Assembly (NCBI GenBank): GCA_010909165.1
Contig: VJWM01000103.1
Coordinates: forward strand, 558,001 to 622,000
Source: Anthoceros angustus
Taxonomy: Eukaryota; Plantae; Anthocerotophyta
Direction of reading: 5' to 3'
Length of the DNA: 64,000 nucleotides
The translations under genes were made by a program, and so were the position numbers. Under the pieces are notes generated by a model. That model saw only the letters and a program-made list of their open reading frames with translations, ran no database searches and was not told the origin of the DNA. Positions 58,982-64,000 of this stretch are shown piece by piece. Position 1 is the stretch's first letter. Every line of letters starts with the position of its first letter.

Positions 58982-60297
58982 TAACCTGGTATTCTGCTGG
59001 AGGCCACAAGAGCAGGCATTCGGAAACATAAATGACCACCGATATAACAATGGAATACGAGAGCTGCTAGATTCGCCGCGAGTGGATGCGGACGACAATG
59101 CAACATGGACAACAGACTAGTACCAGACTAGCCTGCTTTGTTCCGTGAGTCTCTGGGAATCGCGATCGAGGCTCTCCCGAATGACCTAAATTCCCAGCGA
59201 GAACCAAATCCGGTAAGTTCCCTACAAGTTGAATTCGTCCAAGAAGTGCAAGTTTGTGCATCTGTGAAAGCAATGAGATGATTGGGAGATTACAGGCTCG
59301 GATTGCTAGCTGCAGTCCTCTGGCGGTGGAACAGCACACTGTTCAGGCAAATCTGGCAAGTATACAGTTACCTGCAAAAATACTGATGTCACCAACAAAG
59401 ACCAAAACTTTTCCACAGGGAATCCCAACCGGGAAATGAGCCAACATCGAGCTGCATGCAGGAAGGAAGGAAGGAGAAAGAGTGCTCACCTGAGACAGAG
59501 GAGCGCGGTGAAAGCGAGCCGCTGCTTGCGTGATGACATTACAGAAGCAGCCACGCTCCATATAGCTTTAGAAGCCGGAGCCACAGGCGCTAGAACTGAC
59601 AGACGTCACACCCACTAAGGGATCGTTCGTCGGTGGTACCAACGACGCTCCCAAAGTGTGAAGGCAGTGGTGCTCCTCGGAAACTCCACAGCCTTCCATT
59701 CCTAAAGGAACTCTACGGCCTTCTTTATTTTCACTTTCGAGTGGGTCGGGTGACGGTATGGAACAAGTGCAACAACTTGTCACCAGGCAGGTTACCTACC
59801 CGAACTGGGGACCCCAGGTAGGTAATGAATTGGGTTTGTTTCTAGCTGGCCAGACTCTTCGACGCACCCCCTCTTCGTGCTCATGCACTGAAGACGCAGA
59901 GGTGTGAGAGGACCGACATTCACCGATTCCGATGGCTATCACATCTTTGGCTCATCGGAGCTGGGAAGTCACTGTCCTGGACACATTCCTATGCACCGTG
60001 TACGTGGCTTGTAAACGGACAGTCTTGATCAAGCGCTGAACTGGTCTCCTGCAGTGGTGCCCTGTCAAGCAACACCTCTACCGGCGAAGGGGTCAAGAAA
60101 AAGACAACTTCCATCAGGGCCAATATTTTACTATATTACTCGTAGCAATCTGCCACCATAATCCTACAAAAAATGAGATTGTGCTTTTACCATCCCGGCT
60201 GCTCAGGCTTGGAGGGACAAGCTTTTCTCTTCCCAGCTGGGTGTCCGACTAATGCCATAATGCTTCCATCCTGCTGCAGGTACAGGATGGCCTACTC

Positions 60298-62423
60298 TCA
60301 CTCTACAGGGTCACCTGGTTGTTTCTCCTGCACCGGTCGTCGCAATCCCTGTAGACCCCAAGTCCACGTCTTTGAGCTGCTTCGTTTGCGAGGATTAGTG
60401 TCCACCTCATACCTTAAATCAGGACAGCCAGCCTCTTCTTCGGCTTCGGTTCCAACCTTGAAAGCAGTCTCTTTTGGAGAATCCCTAACCACCTTCGGGG
60501 CTTCTGAATTACCCTGCTCACTTACAGATTCAGATTCTCTTCTCAAAGAACCAAAACCTTTTTTGAACTTACGCCTGTTCAGGGCAGCCAGCTCGGGTTG
60601 GCAATTGGTTATATCAGGAACACGTACCCGCTCACAGATATCTTCAACTCCAGGACTCCCTAACAGAGGAACAACCTGCAGCGAACAAGGAGACAACAGC
60701 TTCACAACACAGCAAAGCGACTAAACCCACCAAACGAATGCAACCACGAGAGGCAAGAGAATTACCTGATCTACATCCAGAACTGGCATGATAATGTCGC
60801 TTTTCACGCAGACATTGTTACTTGATAATAATCTTCGAAAAGATCTTCTTTGCAACATTTCCGGTTCTGCACGCATGACGCTATCTGCTGTCCCACATGA
60901 CACAACTACGGGATGATGCTGATCAACTAGTTCAGGCTCATCATTGACCCGCTGTTCATCACTACCTGCAGCATTATCACCTGCATCAGCTTTAAGGCGT
61001 CCCAGGGAGAATTGCTCCTCCATTTCTAAATCTATCAATGCCAGCTCTTCCTGACATTTTTGTCTTTTTGATCGAGTGCTGTCAACTGCAAAAAGAACCA
61101 AGAGCCCTCAGGAGACCGACTTACACGAGTGACACAAGCATGCTCACCCAGCACGCACTCTAAGGTCAACCCTTCCCCATCTTCAAAGCAATGACAGGAA
61201 GACCAGGTTACCTATGCTCTTCTCTGGCTCTGAGCTCCATCGCCTTCCTTGACTGGCACCCTCTTTCCTTTGCAAACTGTCCTTCGACTTCAAACCCTGC
61301 CGTTGCAATCTGGTATGCCACTTAAAAAGTCCATCCTCTGCACCAGGGATCTCCCCAGCGCCTCCTGGTGATGTGCCTACCTCGTCAACAGGGGTGTTCT
61401 CTTCCACTACATCAGGGACTGACTCTTCCTGGTCTGCCTCGCTGACATGAGCTGTACTTGCAGCACTGGGCTTCACCTTGAAGTGCTGCACCCAGGGACT
61501 GTGTAGCACAGCTGGAGCAGTAGGCACAGGCCGTTCTAAAACATGTGGCCTGTAATAAGCGTGCAAGCATCCGTTCTGCCACAACTCGAAAAGCTATCAA
61601 GTGCGACAAAACAAATGTCAGCATCTCAGCACCCTCTACAGGTCCAACAAAATGAGCCAAGGATAGCAAAACAAACTAACCTCAGGAGGACTAGACGTGC
61701 AATCAGCTGCACGGGACTCCACACAATCGTGTTCTGAAAGCTCTGCAGCATGCGGACTTCTGTAAGCATCCAGTCCTCCGAAGTCACTGTCGTACATATT
61801 CCTTACAAACAGAGCTTCAATAGAGTTCAAATAGGAGCTGTGTCTATCATTGGTCCAAGCTGTATCGGCTGATTCTGCCTGCTCAACAGACAGCAAAGGG
61901 AAAAGGTTAACACAACGATGAGGCCATCTGGATGAAAACTGCTACTGGAAGCATATCTCCAAAACCTTAACAAGACTCTCACACAGTTCCCACGCAACTT
62001 CCGTTCACAACATACCGCTTTCTCTTCCCTGGTAACAGCATGCTCGTGTGGCGCAGCAGCCTCCTCAAGCACCTGCTTCCCCCTCGACTTATCGAACACA
62101 TCCGCAGTCACAGTGGACACACCTGAGGAACACACTGCTTCGCTGGACGTGGGGAAGGAGTCAGCGTCCGAGCACATTTGCGAAGACAGTGTGCTGAACG
62201 AATTCAACTCGGCCTGGGCCTGGCCAGCTCCATCACGCGCCGTGAGCTTCCGTTCCCGATCACACTCCACAGGACTGTCTCCCCCGGACTCGGCAGCCGG
62301 AGACACAACAGTGCAGCAATCCTCCTCCTTCACCTCTTCCGACGCCCTGTAAGCCAACACTCTCTCCAACTTCCTGTCCAACGATGCCATGTTCCTCCTC
62401 GCACCCGCGCTGCCTCCCTCCAT
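60298..62423 (-). CDS. COR27: COR27/COR28-like nuclear protein (multi-exon; the 3' end may extend to ~60200)
   Basis: WTNDRHSSYLNSIEALFVRNMY (cf. WTDEKHSLYLKSMEASFV.QLY), F.LWQNGC, VLHSPWVQHFK and DQ|VVP occur in the family order. Confidence 0.8.
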
Positions 62424-62969
62424 CTCCACCTAACCCCTCCCGCAAACCTCCGCTTCCGGACCTAAGATCCGATCGAGGCCAGTGGCCCGCAGCGCACGGA
62501 TTCACCCCATTCCCGAGAGCAGCTACCCCAGCCGCGCTGCCCGGGGAAGGGGCAATGCCAGAGAGCAGAGAAGACCGCAATTGCCTGGACGACGCTGAAG
62601 CGCGGAATTCGCAGGAAACGCACGAGACTGCCGCATGAGACGTCTCACCGACACGAGCCCGACGCAGCCGGGCAGGGCTCAGCAGAGCAGAAACAAGAAG
62701 AGACAAGCGCGGAATTAGTGTGCGAACGATCGCGGAGACTCGGACTTCAACAAAACACGAGCGTGTTTTTGGATGCGGCGTAAGTTGAAGGCTGGAACGA
62801 GGCGACGAGGCGACGAGGCGACGAGGCGGAGAGCAGCGAGAGCGCTTCCGAGCCAAAATATCGCTTCACACAAAGATCAGCGTTGGACTTCCCTTTTTCC
62901 CATGGCGTTGCCTGGGCCACTTTTCACCAGCATAGCAGACCGGGCTACTTTTCGGACAGATGCCGTTTT

Positions 62970-62981
62970 CGCCACGTGGCG
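62970..62981. promoter_or_regulatory. Palindromic G-box/ABRE CGCCACGTGGCG upstream of the COR27-like gene
   Basis: Perfect 12-bp palindrome ~550 bp upstream of the ATG; further CACGTC cores at 63028 and ~63572. Confidence 0.55.
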
Positions 62982-63386
62982 ACATTTCGCCAGCCGGCGC
63001 AACGCCTGATCTTCTGGGCGCAACAGCCACGTCCGGTCGCGAGCGCGAGGGAGGCCGACCGTCGGTCGCCACCCACCGTAACGGCTGACACGGCTCGCAG
63101 GATATTTATCCCCGGAGGGTTTAAGGATAAGAGGATGGGTTAAACTCTGCCGTTCCCCAATAGCACGCCGGCAAATGGGACGCCACGCTGGATCTGCGGA
63201 ATATAAAGAAATTAGTTAAGGCGAGGGGAAATTCGGAAACTCGGTCTGTTGAATGCAACGGGAGCTGGCGGGAGAAGTAAAGGCCCCGCCACCGCACGCG
63301 CAGATGTTGATCAATCGGGGCCGTACCGTAGCTGGTGTGTGCTGTGTGTGCCACGGCCGCCATGTTATGGCTATGGCACAGTCTGC

Positions 63387-63476
63387 AGATATTTTGTGAA
63401 GGCCTGCAGTGAGGAATTTACATGCCCATTGGCTGGTTGGTGGGATTATTTAAGCGGCCGTGCATGTAAAATATCT
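63387..63476. promoter_or_regulatory. Two perfect evening elements (AGATATTTT 63387-63395; AAAATATCT 63468-63476)
   Basis: Exact matches in opposite orientations ~1 kb upstream of the COR27-like ATG. Near-matches occur at 62855 (AAAATATCG), ~63100 (GGATATTT) and 63483 (AAATATCC). Confidence 0.6.
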
Positions 63477-63508
63477 GGGAACAAATATCCCCCGGGTTCC
63501 AACTCCCC

Positions 63509-63569
63509 CCTGGGTGCCTGGGTGCCTGGGAGCCTGGGTGCCTGGGAGCCTGGAAGCCTGGGAGCCTGG
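63509..63569 (+). repeat. 7+ x 8-bp tandem repeat CCTGGG(T/A)G, a canonical G-quadruplex pattern
   Basis: Read directly: five consecutive GGG runs separated by 5-nt loops. Confidence 0.9.
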
Positions 63570-64000
63570 CCCACGTCCGTCTGCTTCTGCGTCTTCATGT
63601 GCACAACTTTGTCTACTCTAACACGCGTCCTGGACCCTGGGGCGCCGGCTAAACTCGGCTACCCGCCTCTTCGTTCCAACAAAGGCCTCCTTCAATTTCG
63701 TAGCAAAGCACGCTCCCCGGGGCTGGAAACTCGAAACAGTGGCGACAGGCTTGGTTGCCTGTGTGAGTCATCTTGCAGGAGCTTTGCGGTGTTGCGGCTA
63801 CAGTCACAGCACATGTCATGGAGCTAGGGCGTCTTGTCTTCCCCTGTCATTTCTGCCTGTTGCCATCCCTGCCACCTAGCCGCAGTCGCTGCAGGGTTGC
63901 GAAAAGCACGGGTGCAGCGACTATCGAAACCTAACACTTGTCCTCGAGAAAACCTGGGACATGTGCTTCCGGTGCCTAACTGACTCATCGTTCTCTCACA

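Noticed and set aside
1-64000. tRNA, rRNA, snRNA or organellar-insert sequences
   Set aside because: I saw no T-loop GGTTCGA cloverleafs, rRNA signatures, USE boxes or organelle-like genes by eye; tRNAscan-SE/Infernal would be needed to exclude them fully.

Overview
This is a gene-dense eukaryotic nuclear window from an early-diverging land plant. Short (~80-150 bp) GT-AG introns, ~50% GC, tight intergenic spacing and a very long PLS-class PPR suggest a hornwort-like genome (inference, not proven). Left to right it contains: the 3' part of GIGANTEA (+); plastid shikimate kinase (-); an intronless ZNF598/Hel2-type RING E3 ligase with an internal 21-bp coding repeat (+); a transposon island (11.2-21.3 kb) in which a CRE-like, restriction-like-endonuclease non-LTR retrotransposon is split by a 5.06-kb TG...CA gag-bearing element with a 4-bp TSD and ~2.27-kb internal tandem units, plus a second CRE fragment; HEN1 (+); an unnamed gene (-); PAA2/HMA8 Cu-ATPase (-); and a ~30-motif PLS-E PPR without DYW (+). 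Next comes a locally duplicated, GC-rich cell-wall/glycan block: a TBL/PC-esterase plus its pseudogene, two GT90/CAP10 glycosyltransferases, a germin-like protein, a DDRGK1 pseudogene and a PPR pseudogene. The right end carries EID1 (+), a stand-alone VASt protein (+), an SLC25 carrier (+), a MAGL14/15-like lipase (-) and a COR27/28-like gene (-) whose upstream region has two perfect evening elements and a palindromic G-box. The best novelty candidates are the GT90-TBL-germin block, the nested and atypical retroelements, and the COR27 cis-element set. No rRNA, tRNA or CRISPR features were seen. All homology calls are from recognised motifs; no searches were run.
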